In this document: positions 62,599 through 64,000 of the stretch, in pieces
Position numbering within the stretch: position 1 is the stretch's first letter
How the letters are laid out: every line of letters starts with the position of its first letter
Assembly: GCA_964428665.1 (NCBI GenBank)
Contig: CAYRZX010000002.1
Coordinates: 4,037-68,036, forward strand
Source of the DNA: an uncultured Gemmatimonas sp.
GTDB taxonomy: Bacteria; Latescibacterota; UBA2968; SICM01
Reading direction: 5' to 3'
Length of the DNA: 64,000 bases
Notes under the pieces: generated by a model
What the model saw: the letters and a program-made list of their open reading frames with translations, nothing else
What the model was told of the DNA's origin: nothing
The model's database searches: none
Made by a program: the position numbers and the translations under genes

Positions 62599-63623
62599 AC
62601 ATCCTCGCTCAGATCGGCTGCGGCTACTGGGGCCCGAACCTCCTGCGCAACTTTTCGGCCCAGCCCGGCTGCCACGTCAAGTGGGTCGTGGATCAGAGCC
62701 CTCAGCGCCGGGCCTTTGTCGAAAGCAACTACCCGAAGACAAGGGCCGTCCCGGACTGGGAGACGGCCCTGAACGACCCGGAGGTGGAGGCCGTGGTCAT
62801 CGCCACGCCCGCCGCCACCCACTATGCCATGGCCAGAGACGCCCTGAGGGCCGGCAAACACGCCTTCGTCGAAAAACCCCTGGCGATGTCCACGCAGGAG
62901 GCCGACGACCTGAAGGCCCTTTCCGCCTCGCTCAACCGCGCGCTGATGGTGGGCCACACCTTCCTCTACAACGCGGCGGTGCGCTACGTCAGACAGCTCC
63001 TCGACGGAGGCGAGCTGGGAGACATCTACTACATCTACAGCCAGCGGCTCAACCTCGGCCAGGTGCGGTCCGACGTGAACGCCTGGTGGAACCTGGCCCC
63101 GCACGACGTCAGCATCCTGCTCTACCTGATGGGCGGAGAACTCCCCGCCTCCGTCTCCGCCCACGGCGTGGACTACATCCAGCCCGGCATCGAGGACGTC
63201 GTGTTTGCGGTCCTCACCTGGCGCAACCGTGCCACCGCGCACGTCCACGTGAGCTGGCTGGACCCGGGCAAGGTGCGCCGCGTGACCCTGGTGGGGGGCC
63301 GCAAGATGATCGTCTACGACGACGTCAGCGACGACAAGATCGCCATCCTGGACAAGGGCGTGGACCGCGCGCCCAGGCCCGGCGAGAGGATGGACTACGA
63401 CCAGTTCAACGCCTATCAGCTCATCCACCGGACGGGCGACGTCTACCTGCCGCGCATCGACTTCCAGGAGCCGCTGAAGGTGGAGGCCGCCCACTTCCTG
63501 GAGTGCATCCGGACCGGCCAGACCCCCCTGACGGGGCCGCAGCACGCGCGGGACGTCGTGGCCGTGCTGGAGGCGGGCCAGAGATCGCTCCGCGAAGGGG
63601 GACGCTCCGTAGCTGTAATCTGA
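62595..63623 (+). CDS. wbpB: Gfo/Idh/MocA-family sugar dehydrogenase (WbpB/WlbA type)
   Basis: Motifs IGCGYWGPNL, AVVIATPAATH and GKHAFVEKPLA. The four-nt overlap with wbpD indicates coupling. Confidence 0.8.
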   Translation: MNILAQIGCGYWGPNLLRNFSAQPGCHVKWVVDQSPQRRAFVESNYPKTRAVPDWETALNDPEVEAVVIATPAATHYAMARDALRAGKHAFVEKPLAMSTQEADDLKALSASLNRALMVGHTFLYNAAVRYVRQLLDGGELGDIYYIYSQRLNLGQVRSDVNAWWNLAPHDVSILLYLMGGELPASVSAHGVDYIQPGIEDVVFAVLTWRNRATAHVHVSWLDPGKVRRVTLVGGRKMIVYDDVSDDKIAILDKGVDRAPRPGERMDYDQFNAYQLIHRTGDVYLPRIDFQEPLKVEAAHFLECIRTGQTPLTGPQHARDVVAVLEAGQRSLREGGRSVAVI

Positions 63624-63642
63624 AACTCACAACGAGGTCTGT

Positions 63643-64000
63643 ATGCCCATCCCATTCATCGACCTGAAGGCCCAGTACCGGGCGATCCAGGCGGAGATCG
63701 ACGCCGCGATCCGGGAGGTCATCGAGAGCACGGCCTTCATCGGCGGGAGGCACGCCCAGGCGTTCGAGGCGTCGTTCGCCCGCTACTGCGGCGTCTCCCG
63801 CGCCGTGGGGGCCAGTTCCGGCACGACCGCCCTGCACCTCGCCTTCGCCGCGCTCGGCGTCGGGCCGGGGGACGAGGTGATCACGGTCCCCAACACCTTC
63901 ATCGCCACGGCGGAGATGATCTCCATCACCGGGGCCAGGCCCGTGTTCGTGGACGTGGAGGACGCCACCCTCAACATGGACCCCGCGAAGCTGAAGGCGG
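63643..64000 (+). CDS. wbpE: DegT/DnrJ/EryC1-family sugar aminotransferase (WbpE/WlbC type), 5' part only
   Basis: Own translation from the ATG at 63643: MPIPFIDLKAQYRAIQAEIDAAI..VIESTAFIGG..FE..FA.YCG....VG.SSGTTALHLA. It runs off the window. Confidence 0.85.
   Translation, partial: MPIPFIDLKAQYRAIQAEIDAAIREVIESTAFIGGRHAQAFEASFARYCGVSRAVGASSGTTALHLAFAALGVGPGDEVITVPNTFIATAEMISITGARPVFVDVEDATLNMDPAKLKA

Overview
This is a visibly GC-rich window (about two-thirds G+C by eye) of a bacterial chromosome. It is densely coded: I support about 58 CDS, one tRNA-Leu(CAA), and several promoters and terminators.

Gene blocks in order:
- A secreted TPR/GWxTD protein on the minus strand that runs off the left edge.
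- A tightly coupled plus-strand unit: DHDPS-family lyase, MFS transporter, DUF2723/GT117-like membrane protein, a second large membrane protein, a GT4 and a DUF1854-like protein.
- An isolated nuoB-cysE-nuoB-nuoI set.
- Housekeeping genes on the minus strand: rluD, lspA, dksA/traR-like and ileS, then a Cys-rich membrane protein, PNP, DUF167, divIVA, yggT and yggS.
- A receiver domain plus a polysaccharide deacetylase.
- An accessory island next to the 3' end of tRNA-Leu. It carries a RelE/Phd module with an extra small antitoxin-like ORF, type I R-M genes hsdR-hsdM and a half-size hsdS, and an orphan XRE regulator.
- Mixed metabolism and envelope genes, including PpiD, a 662-aa transaldolase-like protein, a cupin and a dockerin/Kelch protein.
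- A class V aminotransferase and an orphan PilZ-like protein.
- hisGDCB, followed directly by a surface-glycan cluster of about 19 kb that runs off the right edge.

I did not find a convincing new multi-gene defence or enzymatic system. The most unusual signal is structural. At least 13 gene boundaries carry hairpins built from tandem 7-8 nt units, and several of these are read through in frame as parts of proteins. There are also G/C-tract hairpins inside CDSs.

The ORF track reports the longest ORF and allows GTG/TTG starts. Many starts below are therefore trimmed, and many long ORFs in the track are off-frame shadows.
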